From: Octopus vulgaris
Taxonomy: Eukaryota
Assembly: GCA_951406725.2 (NCBI GenBank)
Contig: OX597828.1
Coordinates: 66,898,001-66,962,000, forward strand
Length of the DNA stretch: 64,000 nucleotides
Reading direction: 5' to 3'
Shown here: piece after piece, positions 15,893-31,841 of the stretch
Position numbering within the stretch: position 1 is the first letter of the stretch
How the letters are laid out: each line of letters starts with the position of its first letter
Made by a program: the position numbers and the translations under genes
Notes under the pieces: generated by a model
The model's input: only the letters and a program-made list of their open reading frames with translations
Databases searched by the model: none
Told to the model about the DNA's origin: nothing

Positions 15893-16454
15893 GCGAAAGT
15901 GAAATACTTACTCATACGCATGGGTATGAGTAAGTATTTCACTTATATCTCGCGTATTTGCCGCTGAAGAGGGGAAAATTTCTTATGAATTAACCCCGAA
16001 GTTGGACCAATACGGTAATAACGAAGTTTTTAGAAATTTCTATCGGTTTGTTTCGAGATGCATAAATTATAATGGTTATTGACAATTTTTGTCTTTTTTT
16101 TGGCATATTTGGCATTAGAATTTTTCTTTTGCCCTTATCTTGTAAATTATATATATATATATATATACATATACATACAGAATAAATTCAAATAGTCTAT
16201 ATTTTGAAATGTATTAAGTGAGGAAAGCCTTGCTTAAGGGAAATATTTCCTATTATATATTATACGATAATCTGAAACGTGCGTATTAAATACTTTCGAC
16301 ATATCATTATTTGGTTTGACTTCATTATTATGATTTATACGCCTTGATGCCAGTACAAACTAACCGGTCTGGACTCCATTTACAGGATATGTTAAAATTT
16401 AGAGTAGTCTTTTCCATTCCACTGGAATCGGGAAATTTTGGTATTGTGCACCGC

Positions 16455-16611
<157 letters not shown>

Positions 16612-16622
16612 CATACATACAT

Positions 16623-16675
<53 letters not shown>

Positions 16676-16676
<1 letters not shown>

Positions 16677-16788
16677 AAACTATACGAAAATAAACAAAAG
16701 ACGAAGACAGGTGGTGTACAAAACAAACAGATGTATTAGTACAGCGCTCAGGAATAGAAAGTCTTTTACTTTTCGAGCTTACGCTCTT

Positions 16789-16795
<7 letters not shown>
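16676..16795 (-). mobile_element. Penelope-like terminal fragment inside a (TA)n tract
   Basis: The minus strand reads CTGTAGA-AGAGC-GTAA-GCTC-GAAA, a minimal hammerhead-like core. Flanked by (TA)n on both sides. Confidence 0.5.
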
Positions 16796-16858
<63 letters not shown>

Positions 16859-17225
16859 GTGTGTGTGTGTGTGTGTGTGTGTTTATACACACATATTTGC
16901 ATCCAATTTAATCTACGAATGCATGTGTACGTGAGGGAGTACCAATACATTTGTACATATTTGTGTAGGTGTGAATAATTTAGTACCAATGTATATGTAT
17001 ATGTATATTTAAGTGTCCGGTGCTGTGTATGCGTGCGTGCCCGCCTACGCTTATAAGTGTAGGTCTGTATATGGACAGCCGTATATTGTGTGCGCGCTTG
17101 TGTGTGTGTGCGTGTGTGTTCAAGTGTATACTTGTGTTTTTTGTATAAATCTTCTGTATACATGCAATATGGAATGCACAGTGATTCGCTGATATTCTGG
17201 AAACTATAAAACGTTCTTGTATTCG

Positions 17226-17733
17226 TTTTGCAAGATTTTTGATGTGAAATCGTGTGTTGTATTTAGGAATGGTCAATTTGCCAGTTTAGCCAATAAAAAC
17301 ACACGCACTATATATTTGGTGTTACTTTGCTTCAGCGTTATATATTTTTTACATTAATCTTAATCTTATTTCGGCCAGACTTATTTCGTCACACTCCTGT
17401 GACCTCATCAGTGGTCCTTTGCTTTCTTCTTTCTTATTTGTGTGTCTCTCCTTACTAACGGTCAGCCATTTTTGTATTTTGTATTCCTATTGTATGTGTC
17501 TTCATTTGCGCATGCGTATACCTCTATGTGTGTCTATGTTTAGTTAAATAGAAAGAAGAAAGCAAAGGACCACTGATGAGGTCACAGAAGTGTGACGAAA
17601 GAACTCTGGCCGAAATAAGATTAAGATTAATGTAAAAAATAAATAATGTTGAAGCAAAGTAACACCAAATATATAGTGCGTGTGTTTTTATTGGCTAAAC
17701 TGGCAAAATGACCATTCCTAAATACAACAATAA
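17226..17733. mobile_element. Penelope-like inverted (foldback) insertion with 13-bp target-site duplication
   Basis: Arms 17255-17439 and 17546-17729 are reverse complements, and each carries CTGATGAG-GTCAC...GTGAC-GAAA. TSD GTTCTTGTATTCG lies at 17213-17225 and 17734-17746. Paralogous empty sites are at about 31326-31360 and 39011-39045. Confidence 0.8.
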
Positions 17734-17746
17734 GTTCTTGTATTCG

Positions 17747-18135
17747 ATCACATGAAACTAAAATATTTTTTTATCTTAAAATATTCACAGTAAGCTCTGA
17801 AAGGATTTCTACAAACACTCGGCACAGCCTTCTTCAATATTTGCAATGAATATTCAAAAGATATTAATCATGCATACTTAATGATATTAATATCACTCCA
17901 AGGATGAAAATAATTTAATATCAAACTAATGTTTTGTACCAAGTCCTGAAGCCAATGTCGATAGGATTCGTAAAGGAAAGCAAGTAATCCTGTATGTAAA
18001 TGGAGCATTTTAGGTGTTTAAGATCGATTGGTTAAAAGGTGAACAGCGCAAGTAATATTGAATTAAGATTACATTATATAGGATCGCAAGATACAAACAT
18101 CGGATATTTCACAAAGAGCATCAATGAAATCAGAG
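17747..18135 (+). promoter_or_regulatory. Shared upstream module, copy 1 (putative promoter of the ORF at 18279)
   Basis: Colinear with 31343-31745. Conserved GCCAATG and ATTGGTT (CCAAT in both orientations) and a TTATATAG element. Promoter function is inferred. Confidence 0.65.
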
Positions 18136-18278
18136 CTGTTTTTGAACATTGGGACTGTATAGAGAGGAAAATTTGCAGTGTGTATGTGTGTGTATGTGTG
18201 AGTATGTGTGTGTGTATGTATAATATAAATATATAAAAATCTGTAGAGTTTTCTTCTGATCTAAAAGGATTACTCGAA

Positions 18279-19886
18279 ATGGCGGGCGCATCTTCACGTA
18301 GAATTGGCAAGAAGTTAATTGAGCGTTCCAAAACAGTTAGTAATAGTCCATATGCAAGAGGCTTAACTGTCAAGTCATTCCCCAAAGCATCTCCTAAACA
18401 TTTAGGAGAAATTATAATGGGAAATCTCACAGAAAGCGAGTTAGAAGAAAAGGAAGCAGCAGCAGCAGCAGCAGCAGCAGCAGAGGAAGACGACGGAGTA
18501 GAATTTGTAATTCCAGTACGAGGTTGGTCATTTGGAGAAGTGCATGAAATACCGAAGCGAATAGCCGGTAAGCAAACAGAAATAATCCCATCAACGAGAG
18601 GAGAATTAACCAGAAAATTAGTAGAAGTCCCGCATGAAGATTTAGAAAGAAGGATGGAGGAAGAAGCTTATGGTTTTGTAAGGATGCGAAAAATTGGTGG
18701 GATAGCACGCAAACTCCCACCATTGGCGGAAGACCCCGAAGAAGAAGTGGTTCCGGTGTCTCTTGTAGTTCAACCTGAGATAGGCAGCCATTTGCACAGG
18801 CCTAAAACAATCTATCCTCCACAGTTGTATTCAGATATACAAAGTGACAGTTTCGAACCTATAATAGTAGACAGATTTCCAGTAGAGGAGGTAGTAACTA
18901 ACGAAATCCCAGAAGAGGAAGAGTTGCCCGATATGTGGAATGCAACTGTTGGAGAACGTTCTGGCTTGCTTGGAACTGAGGGAGCAGCGGTAGGCGAAGC
19001 TCCCGATACAGTCTCTCCTTATGCAAATGTATTTTACCGTTTCGAAGATGATGAATCAGGAAGAGCATGGGGTGAGGTTTATCCGGATCAGAAAATATTT
19101 GAACCTCAGTTCGCAGACGAAGAAGAAATGTCACGCGTTATAGAACATGTCCCAGATTATCCAAACGTAACTTCTAGAAGTAGTTTGAGGACTACAAGAG
19201 ATGAAAGAGCAGCTAACGCAGATGCAGAAGCAGCCCAGAAAGCACAAAAGAGTATAAGACACCGACAACAGCCCCTATTCTGCATGAAATATGGTAAACA
19301 TAGGGATGTACATGGAACTCCATGTTCAGCAAGGATAGAACAAACAAGCGATGCAGGAGGAGCTTTCATTGCAGTCAGGGCTGCAAGTAGGCCCGAAAGC
19401 TTTCTTTACGTAACTGCTAGAAGTCAAGATAGAGTTAACAGAATGAAACAAGGACTTCTGGAAGCACATGCTATGCATGAAGCGATAGGAGATGAAGTGG
19501 TTACAAGAGGAGTAAGTACTAGATGTGAAGAGACCCCTTCTAGAACAGGAAGACGCCAAACTACTAGAAGTGAAAAGGTGGTTACAAGACAAGTAAGTAC
19601 AGGACGTGGAGAGATCACTTCTAGAACAGGAAGACGCTCAGCTACTAGAAGTGAAGAGGAGGTTACAAAACAAGTAAGTTCTAAACGTGGAGTGAGCGAA
19701 TCGAGGATGGGAAGTCGTGCAGCACCTGAAAGACAAATAAGTACTAGACGTGAAGCGGTGGTTTCGAAGACTGAAGGACGAACAACATCGAGAGGAAAAG
19801 TGACTACAAAACAACAAAGTACTACCCATGGAGAAGGGACTTTGAGACACTTAAATGTTAAAACTCGCAAGCCACCATGGCGCTAG
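18279..19886 (+). CDS. Orphan 535-aa predicted disordered protein (family member 1): acidic N-terminal half, Arg/Ser/Thr-rich tail with 27-aa repeats
   Basis: Uninterrupted 1.6-kb ORF in AT-rich DNA with good start context (GAAATGG). 81-bp internal repeats from about 19491. AATAAA at 20041 and 20072. No transposon motifs recognised. Confidence 0.8.
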   Translation: MAGASSRRIGKKLIERSKTVSNSPYARGLTVKSFPKASPKHLGEIIMGNLTESELEEKEAAAAAAAAAEEDDGVEFVIPVRGWSFGEVHEIPKRIAGKQTEIIPSTRGELTRKLVEVPHEDLERRMEEEAYGFVRMRKIGGIARKLPPLAEDPEEEVVPVSLVVQPEIGSHLHRPKTIYPPQLYSDIQSDSFEPIIVDRFPVEEVVTNEIPEEEELPDMWNATVGERSGLLGTEGAAVGEAPDTVSPYANVFYRFEDDESGRAWGEVYPDQKIFEPQFADEEEMSRVIEHVPDYPNVTSRSSLRTTRDERAANADAEAAQKAQKSIRHRQQPLFCMKYGKHRDVHGTPCSARIEQTSDAGGAFIAVRAASRPESFLYVTARSQDRVNRMKQGLLEAHAMHEAIGDEVVTRGVSTRCEETPSRTGRRQTTRSEKVVTRQVSTGRGEITSRTGRRSATRSEEEVTKQVSSKRGVSESRMGSRAAPERQISTRREAVVSKTEGRTTSRGKVTTKQQSTTHGEGTLRHLNVKTRKPPWR

Positions 19887-19976
19887 TGATATTTAGAAAT
19901 AACAGGGTGCATTCAGATATATTTCAATATCAACGAGTCAGAAGGAAAAAAAAAGATGAAATCTCGTAATTACAAT

Positions 19977-20364
19977 TATTCGAATTATTTGACAAATGCA
20001 TCGACTTAACGGTGGTCGATCAGATATCGATAACCACTACAATAAATCACGTTCAATAATAATTCAGATTCAATAAATTGAAAGTATAAATTATCCCTAT
20101 TGATTTATTTATATATCTATATAACAGAATGTTGTGTGACAGGTCTATATCAGAGTATTAATGATACAATAAGAGAAGACTGAATTGACCATGTAATGGT
20201 GTTCAGCAGTCTTTTTCAAACAAATCTATGATGAAAACACCGTTCCGACTATGACCTCCCAGGCTTTTCTCTTTTCTCTTTTTTGATATCAGAGGCTACA
20301 TTGTCTGAACTAATTTTAAGACGGTAAGGTACGATTAGAGGGAGATTTCGTTGGTATTTCTAGG
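19977..20364 (+). promoter_or_regulatory. Shared 3' module, copy 1 (putative 3' UTR and polyadenylation region)
   Basis: Nearly identical to 34902-35290 and homologous to 54881-54990. Contains two AATAAA. Confidence 0.7.
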
Positions 20365-20634
20365 AAAGAGGTGCAATTAATTGTTGAATCTGAAGTCGTT
20401 CACTTGGGCTTTAGTGAAGGTATCATCTGAAGGAATGGTCGGCAGTCTGAAGGGTTATAAGGGATATGAACGTTTCTCTTAAATACTTGGATTTATTAGG
20501 GTTAAGCACAAAGAACTGAGTGTCTATTTCTCTTTTCATATGAAAATAAGTTTCATCATTTACATTTCTGAAAATCTTTGCAAATCGTTAACCTTATAAA
20601 TTCAGTGTATCTTTCATTTTACCCAATTTGAATA

Positions 20635-21030
20635 TCTTTATATATAAAAGTGAAGTTGTGTGTCTGTCTCCTACGATTTAGATTTCTAACTACTCCCACA
20701 TTTTGCGGTGCAGTTTAATCAAAAGCGGGTATCTTATAGTCGTGATTCATATCGAGCCCTTCTGGGTATTAGCGCGCGTCTACGATGAGTCTACGATTAA
20801 AAAAAAATTTACCATAATTTTTTTCCATTTTAATGCATTTTTTTCGCTATTATATAAGGGAAGTAACTCTCTAAAAATGTCTACGATGAATCAACGATTT
20901 AAAAAAAAATTACCATAATTTTTTTCCATTTTTAATGCATTTTTTTGCTATTTTTTGGCTATAACTCTCTAAAAATGCTTATATAGTTATTTCCCTTACA
21001 AACCCGAGCAACGCCGGGCGATACTGCTAG
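20635..21030 (+). mobile_element. Non-autonomous Helitron
   Basis: Starts TC after an A. Ends with the hairpin CCCGAGCAACGCCGGG and then CTAG before a T. Contains an internal ~90-bp duplication. Confidence 0.8.
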
Positions 21031-21289
21031 TATACAATAAATAGAGTAACAAACGCCCATTCATTGTTCACATAACCATTGTTTATATAACCACCTTGGA
21101 AATGTCAGCCTATTCTGCATGCGATCAATGAAACTATTTTGTAAGGCAGCGTGTTAATCTTTGTTTTGTAATTCCACAATTTTAGCCGAAATAATTTTGT
21201 GTGTAACTGAACGTTGAGTAAAAAACTTCAATATGTTAGGTTAAGCAGATTTACCACTTCTGCCACCAACACCAACACCTCCTCCTTGT

Positions 21290-21635
21290 TGTCAGCATCG
21301 TCGGCATCGATGTCGTGGCACTCCTCCTCCTCCTTCTTGTCGTCGTCCTCCTTCTTGTCCTCCTCCTCCTTGTTGTCCCTCCTCCTTGTTGTCCACCTGC
21401 TCCTTGTTGTCCACCTCCTCCTTGTTGTCCACCTCCTCCTTGTTGTCCGCCTCCTCCTCCTTCTTGTTCTCCTCTTCCTTCTTGCCCCCATCTCCTCCTT
21501 CTTTCCCTCTTCCTCCTCCTCCTCCTTCTTTCCCCCACCTCCTCCGTATCCCCCTTCTTGCCCTCCTCCTCCTCATTCTCCTTCTTTCCCTCCTCCTCTT
21601 CCTCCTCCTTCTTCTTCCCCTCCTTCTCCTCCTCT
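21290..21635. repeat. Pyrimidine-rich (CCT/CTT/TGT) low-complexity tract; paralog at 35289-35610
   Basis: Read directly. Both tracts begin GGCATCGATGTCGTGGCACTCC. Confidence 0.9.
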
Positions 21636-21661
21636 AGTAGCGCTAGAATACCACGACAATG

Positions 21662-21923
21662 CGGGGTCATTCCGAAAAGCTCTACCTGCACGATTTCATC
21701 TCAATCGAAGGAGAGGAGCTTTCTCCGTCCGGGTTGCGGATCCGTGGAACAAGCTGCCAGACGAGATGGTGAAGATGCCGACGACCGCTTTGTTCAAAGC
21801 CTCCCTGGACCTCAAGTGGCCTGAACTCTTTACATGAACACCACCCTGTACTTAACTCCATGTCCCCCTACATGGCCTTGCTATTTGCTTTTGAGCCAAA
21901 TTAACTAACTAACTAACTAACTA
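21662..21923 (+). mobile_element. CR1-clade LINE 3' end
   Basis: Encodes RRGAFSVRVADPWNKLP...FKASLD, the CR1 ORF2 C-terminus. Has an (AACT)n tail and TSD ACAATG at 21656-21661 and 21924-21929. The empty site is at about 35665. Confidence 0.85.
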
Positions 21924-22346
21924 ACAATGTATATTTTTTTTTACCATTGTGTCGTTAATTTATCAGAAATAGTATTCAATTCTCCCGCAAAGTCCACCAG
22001 ACAAATTAAAATAAAGAATGCATTTGATAGATAGTTCTAGATGAATTACATCCATTGCAAAAGACGAAATGGTCACGGCTAGAGCGCCGATGATCATAGG
22101 CTTTCTGAATCACGGCTAATCTGGTGCTAAACAAGAAGTTTTATGTTTGTAGTATAATTGGTGAGTCAACTGAAGAAATACCGATACAGCGAATGGTGAT
22201 GTGGTTATGCTGAGAGAGAAATATTATTCAATACGAACCAAGGTCCAAAAAAAAAGTAACGAAAGACTATTTGTGAAAGACTATTTGTTTCCTTATATTT
22301 CTAGTCACATAAAAGCATCTTTAAATTATTCAGTATCTCTAAATTA

Positions 22347-22725
22347 GAGGCGCAATGGCCCAGTGGTTAGGGCAGCGGACTCGCGGTCGTAGGATCGCGG
22401 TTTCGATTCCCAGACCGGGCGTTGTGAGTGTTTATTGAGCGAAAACACCTAAAGCTCCACGAGGCTCCGGCAGGGATGGCGGTGATCCCTGCTGTACTCT
22501 TTCACCACAACTTTCTCTCACTCTTACTTCCTGTTTCTGTTGTACCTGTATTTCAAAGGGCCGGCCTTGTCACTCTCTGTGTCACGCTGAATATCCCCGA
22601 GAACTACGTTAAGGGTACACGTGTCTGTGGAGTGCTCAGCCACTTACACGTTAATTTCACGAGCAGGCTGTTCCGTTGATCGGATCAACCGGAACCCTCG
22701 TCGTCGTAATCGACGGAGTGCTTCC
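22347..22725 (+). mobile_element. tRNA-derived SINE
   Basis: A-box TGGCCCAGTGG and B-box GGTTTCGATTCCC, followed by a ~300-bp non-tRNA body. Imperfect TSD ATCTCTAAATT / ATCTTTAAATT. Confidence 0.85.
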
Positions 22726-23905
22726 ATCTTTAAATTGGTTTTGGTTGATATTTCTGTTGGTTCAGGGTGGATATAGCTGAGTGATAAACCTACTGATGCG
22801 AATGCTGTTCAATTTGAATATTTGTAATTAAGTAAGAAAGGTATTTGCGCTTGGCCTTTAAAGTTCGTCTGTGTTAGTGAGAGTGGTGTGGTTGATGTCC
22901 CTCTTAATCCTCAGTAGGGTAATGTTGCACGGAAGCCTACGTATTTACATTAGTGGATTTGGCTATTTGCGCGTGTCTCTACATGTATGTGTATGCACGC
23001 GCGCATGGTGTGTGTATATATAAATAAGGGACCAGGGAGATCCGAGTGACTACTCGCAACTTCTCAATATACTAGTTGAATAGTGTGTGTGTGTGTGTGT
23101 GTGTGCACGTGTGTATATGCATACACGTGACTGAGTCATTTCTATGGAATATGGTGGATAAGTTAAGGTTTGGTTCTTAGTTGATCCAATTCATTCCACT
23201 TATCCCTTCACTTATCCCTTGTACATTGTATTCAGTAATGTCTGACGATAGGTAATAGCAGGTAACAGAAGGCGAGGAAGTACCTGCATCTTCCTGCGAT
23301 GACCTAAAACTTGTGCGTGCATCGATGAGCGTGTATAAATGTGTGTGCTTCAGTATGTATGTGCGATTATGTTACTTTATGAATATGTGTGTATGTGTGC
23401 ACCTTATATTTATGTTGGTTGAGTGCCGACCTCAAATGGTCGACTTCGTTTTTTATTCTATGAATTCGATGTTAATCGACTAAGCCTCTCCCTCCAAATT
23501 TTAGGCCTTGAGCCTATATTAGAAATAATATTCATCTGTATTAATTACTCATGGAATATATAGAATCTGGCGAATTCCTAAGACGAGGAGGCGAAGTGCA
23601 ACCTGACGTTTCGTTCAGCAACGTTACATTATATTCCCGCCATTTTATAAATTTATCTAAATTGATCAATCTCACAATATGTTTTGCTAGCGCAGACCAC
23701 CATCATTTCACTTTTACTTTTGTTTTTCTTCTTTACTGCTGTTTAATATTCATGATATTTATCAGAGATTCTTTTCTTAGTTCATATCCTGCCCTGATCA
23801 ACTTCACCTTTCACTCCCCGCGGAATCGATAGAAACAAAGTACCAGTTAACAATTAGGGCTGATGGCATCGACAATCCCACTCCTTGTGCTTTAATTAGA
23901 AACAG

Positions 23906-24120
23906 CTGGTGAGCTGGCAGAATCGTTAGCACACCGGACAAAATGCTTAGCGGCATTTGATCCGTCTCTACTTTCTGAGTTCAAATTCCGCCGAGATCGA
24001 CTTTGCTTTTTATCTTTTCGGGGTCGATGAAATAAGTACAAATTGAACACTGGGGGTCAATGTAGTCGACTAGTTCTCTCCCTCCGAATTTCAGTTCTTG
24101 TGTTTATATTAGAAAGGATT
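23906..24120 (+). mobile_element. tRNA-derived SINE, diverged member of the 50379 family
   Basis: GAGCTGGCAGAATCGTTAGCAC...GAGTTCAAATTCCGCCGAG...GGGGTCGAT aligns with 50379-50610. Confidence 0.8.
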
Positions 24121-24130
24121 ATTATTATTA

Positions 24131-25300
<1,170 letters not shown>

Positions 25301-25329
25301 CTGCCTCGTATTGCACCAGGCACGTACTA

Positions 25330-26450
25330 TTATTATTTCATGTAAAACTTTCAGCTTATTTTACTGGGTATCAGAGAAAGTATCAGCTACCCACAGCCAG
25401 CAGACTAAGGGGATAGAACCCTACTGAGAACTCTAGCAGTTTCCAAGTAATGGTGATTTCCCTTTGCACCTATCTCTTTCTAGCCACATTGGTAGTTGAG
25501 TGCTTATACTTCCAAGCGCGCCAGTCACTATCGGTACCACGACCACTCTCTTCATTACCCACAGCCTGCATATTCCCCACTTCAGTTCATCATAGACGAT
25601 CATTTTTATTTCTTTGACCCTGTTGTTACCAGGTCATGCTTTGTCGATTATCAGGCATGTTTTTTTCTTTTCTGTTTACCACAACGTCAGGTTTCTGATA
25701 TCTAATCTGACAGTCACAACCTGTCAGTCACATTGAATCACACAGGATTTTGAACCACACAGGATTTTGAACCAGACAGGATTTTGCAGTCCTCATTCTC
25801 AGTAACTCCTTCTGGGATTTGGTTACACCACGTCTTTGATCTTTTTAGGCCATAATTTCTACACAGCCCGCAATGGATCATTCTTGCTCATTGTCATGTT
25901 GTCTTTTGTATTCTCATTGTGTTACACTGTTTCTCCCCTCTCTACACATTCTGTATTTGTCTCTCTCAGTTGTGATATCAATTCTGCACTTCACATAGTT
26001 TGTCCTCAAAACTTGTTCTTGTGCTGCGCATTTATAAGTGCCTCTATTTCTATCTTCAAGTCACTCTGCATCCATAATCAACGGTAACTGTTTTTGTGCT
26101 CGTATCTCTTACAAACTCATCAGACATTTTCCCTTTCAGTGCCATTTCTCTTTTCGTGTTCTTTTACTCGTTAAATTTCTCCTCCTTAACACAATTATCA
26201 ATTTTGGTGATTCTAGTCATCTTCACAGGTATCAACAATTGCTCCACAACATTTTTTTTTTATATACCATCCTAAACTGTTTCCCTCTGACTCAGCACAA
26301 TCCTGAAAACTGATCAGACTTCCCCCACTCTTTCTTCTGGATAAATACAACCTACCAGTATCACTTTGGGATGGAATGCTCCGTGCATTGTTAATAATTT
26401 CCGTGTCTTCGTATTCATACTCATCACTTTCTTTCCGGTTTATGATAGCT
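25330..26450 (-). mobile_element. Degraded R4/Dong-like LINE C-terminal (RLE) region
   Basis: Minus-strand remnants resemble EYKRRHD, PEGVLENEDCKIL and CLIID. Many disruptions. Confidence 0.55.
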
Positions 26451-26469
26451 GATTAAATTATTATTATTA

Positions 26470-26524
<55 letters not shown>

Positions 26525-26589
26525 CTCCCTCCTCCTCCTCCTCCTCCTCCTCCTCCTCCTCCTCCTCCTCCTCCTCTTCATCATCATCA

Positions 26590-26644
<55 letters not shown>

Positions 26645-26685
26645 CCTCCTCCTCCTCCTCCTCCTCCTCTTCATCATCATCATCA

Positions 26686-26742
<57 letters not shown>

Positions 26743-26777
26743 CCTCTCCCTCCTCCTCCTCCTCCTCTTCATCATCA

Positions 26778-26866
<89 letters not shown>

Positions 26867-26869
<3 letters not shown>

Positions 26870-28001
26870 TAGTTTTATTTTTATAGCGTGCTTTCACTTC
26901 ACTACCGAGCGCAGCTTTGTGTGCCTTGGGTATGTGCTGTGATTTGTTGTGATGCTCTGATGGTTATTGTATGGAAAGTGTTCTGCGTTGGATGTGTGCA
27001 GTGCCTAGTAGTGCAATTTTCTGTATGTTATATGTGTTTGTAAGTCCTGGTGTTTTTGTTATGTATTTGTCTGAATATTTTTTTATCATGCCTAATGCAC
27101 CTACTATGATAGGAATAGTTTTTTGATTATTTTACTTTTTATATTATCATAATCATTAGGCTCCCTTTCGTTGTTTCCAGGTTTTAGCTTTGTGTCGCTT
27201 TCTTTCTTATTTATATGTTTGTTTGCCGTGTTTTGGCTTGCTGTTTGTCGTGTTTTACCGTTTCAGTGTTTATAATATTGGGCATTGTTGTGTGGCTTCT
27301 ATCTACATTTTCCTGGTGTATTTTTTCTTTTAGATGTTCTATTTCTATTTCTGATATTTTTTTTGCGTTGAGAATGTATCTTCGTACGTTAGCTAATTTA
27401 TTAGGGTTCATTGCTGTATCCAAGTCTATAGTTATGGTATTTTCCTTCCATATTTTATATGTATGTGTTGTTGTGTTTTCATTTTTTGAGTAGAGCACTG
27501 CTGTGAAGTATGCGTGTAGGATAGAAATGTATTCCTCACGTGTCCATTTATGTATTTTGGGTTTTATTTGCGGGACATGAGGAACAACGTCCGGCCCATT
27601 ATTTTGACGGTCGTCATTTTCGTAGGGTACCGGTCCGTTCATTTCTGTTGTCACATTGTTTTGCACGTGTAGTTTTTCGTACATTTTGTGTTGTAAGTTT
27701 AAAGTACGTACCTCCCGATTGTTATTCTTGGGTTGAATAATATCGGTGGTATTTAATTTCTTCGTAGTTTCTTTGTACATGGTGTTTGGGGTCGGGGATG
27801 AACTGGTGTTGATGGATCGTAATGTTTCACGCATGTTTACATGTGTTGTGTTAGAGGTGGAGATGATATCGAGTCAAAATACATCATTTCGTTTCGAAAA
27901 TAGTAATAAATTTCAATGAGTATTACTTACTCGGATACAGTCCAATCCGTTGTTAGTAAATCTTTGGCTCCATACGATGTCCTTGTTTTCGATGTTTGTG
28001 G
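26867..28001 (-). mobile_element. Internally deleted Dong/R4 LINE (5' end and N-terminal domain fused to the 3' end) in (TAA)n
   Basis: ORF 27211-27834 has KWTREEYISILHAY...KLANVRRYIL. The 3' end 26867-27120 encodes IPIIVGALG...QKIALLGTAHI. (TAA)n lies on both flanks. Confidence 0.8.
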
Positions 28002-28032
28002 ATTATTATTATAATTATTATTATTATTATCC

Positions 28033-28084
<52 letters not shown>

Positions 28085-28119
28085 CCTCCTCCTCCTCCTC
28101 CTCCTCCTCCTCCTCCTCA

Positions 28120-30206
<2,087 letters not shown>

Positions 30207-31110
30207 CAATTCTGTTAGCAGCATTTAATTCTGAGTTTAAGACCATTCTTAACCTTCGGTAGCTTTGCTTGCGGATTTTCTCTTTCATTTTAGAGTGCTG
30301 GATACCATCACCTTCATTGGTTTCTCTGATATTTAGCAGTGGTAGTATCAAGTTCTATGTTTTCTGCCTTTATGAAAGTAGCTTTGAAAGTAGCCTTTGC
30401 AAATTTATCAAGTTCAAATTCTTGACCTGTATCAGAGCTGACTTCTTTGACAATATTCAGAAACTCCTCTAATTCTTTGTCGTTTTTGGTAAACATTTTA
30501 GATCATCCATATAGAGTAGATGATTAATTTTCTGGTCAAAGATCTTATGCCCTCTCTTGGCATTATTTAGTTGCGTGGATAATGGGAAAATAGCAAGGCA
30601 GAATAGTAATGGTGATAATGAGTCACCTTGAGAGATACCACAGGTGGTATTGATGTCTGGTGAGGTGGTGTATCCTTGTGTATGGTTTAAAATGAGGTTA
30701 GTTTTCCACGAATTCATGATTAATTTTTAAAAGTTCACAATTGTTGGAGCTATCTTGTAAATTTCCAGGGCCTTGTTGATCCATGCACAGGGAACACTGT
30801 CAAAAGCCTTCTTGTAACCTATCCAAGCGGTGCTAAGGTTTCTGTGTTTGGATTTACAATTTTCAGTGACCATTTTATCAATCAACAATTGGTCCTTACA
30901 TCTAAATGAACACTTTTTACATCCTTTTTATTCCACTGGAAATATCTTCCTGTTGTCCAAGAATTCATATGCTCTATTCGCTATTATAGATGTTAATAAT
31001 GTATATATGGTGGTGAGGCATGTTATGGGGCGATATTTTGGCGGGGTTAGTAGTTTCTTCTGTTTTTGGTAAAAGATATGTAATCCTTTCTGTAAGCCAC
31101 TTTGGGTATT
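30207..31110 (-). mobile_element. Second, diverged Dong/R4 RT fragment
   Basis: GISQGDSLSPLLFCLAI, HLLYMDDLK, YRPITCLTTIY and DQLLIDK motifs in broken frames. Confidence 0.85.
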
Positions 31111-31269
31111 AGATATTATTATTAAGACGACGAGCTCGCAGGATCGTTATGTGCGCATGTGCGTATATGTGCATGTATGGGTGGATGAGTGTCTGCAGCT
31201 GGTATTTTATGTGCGCCTGCATGTGTGTTTATGGAAGTGTATGCATATTTGTTACATAAAACCGCTGTA

Positions 31270-31745
31270 TGTATAAAATTCCGAACGCATAGTAATTGTT
31301 TGTTATGTTGTTGATGTATGGCAGCTATAAAACATTCTTATATTTGATCATATTAAACTAAAATATATTTTTATCTTAAAATATTCACAATATGCTTTCA
31401 GAGGACTTCTGCAAACGCTCAATGCAAAATCAACTGCCATAAGTGTGGTGAACATTCATAAAATACATTAACTGTGATTACTCATTGATATAAATTTTAC
31501 TCCAAGGATGAAAGCAATTTAATATCAAACTAATTAAGTTTCGTACCAAGTCTTGAAGCCAATGTCAATAGGATTCGTAAATGAAAGCAAGTATCCCTGT
31601 GTGTGTAACGGGAACATTTTAGGTGGCTTAGATCAATTGGTTAAAAGGTGAACCGCACAAGTAATATTAAATTAAGATTACATTATATAGGATTTCACGA
31701 TTCAAATATCGGATATTTCACAAAGAGATAAATTCACTGAATCAG
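31270..31745 (+). promoter_or_regulatory. Shared upstream module, copy 2
   Basis: Colinear with 17204-17225 plus 17747-18135 and with 38960-39190. Contains GCCAATG and ATTGGTT. Confidence 0.65.
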
Positions 31746-31776
31746 CGATAAAAAAAGTCAAGTTTTGATTTGGTGT

Positions 31777-31840
<64 letters not shown>

Positions 31841-31841
<1 letters not shown>

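Noticed and set aside
21214-21837. 207-aa ORF and overlapping poly-Ser/Pro/Glu ORFs (also 26453-26886, 28340-29156, 35222-35774)
   Set aside because: Trinucleotide low-complexity tracts read through into CR1 or Dong fragments and are open in many frames at once.
22347-22425. tRNA gene
   Set aside because: A and B boxes are present, but the sequence runs into a ~300-bp SINE body with a TSD; it is a SINE head.
31775-31840. ORF-track N-terminus MFIYIYIY... of member 2
   Set aside because: It starts at a GTG and runs through a (TA)n tract; the first ATG is at 31841.
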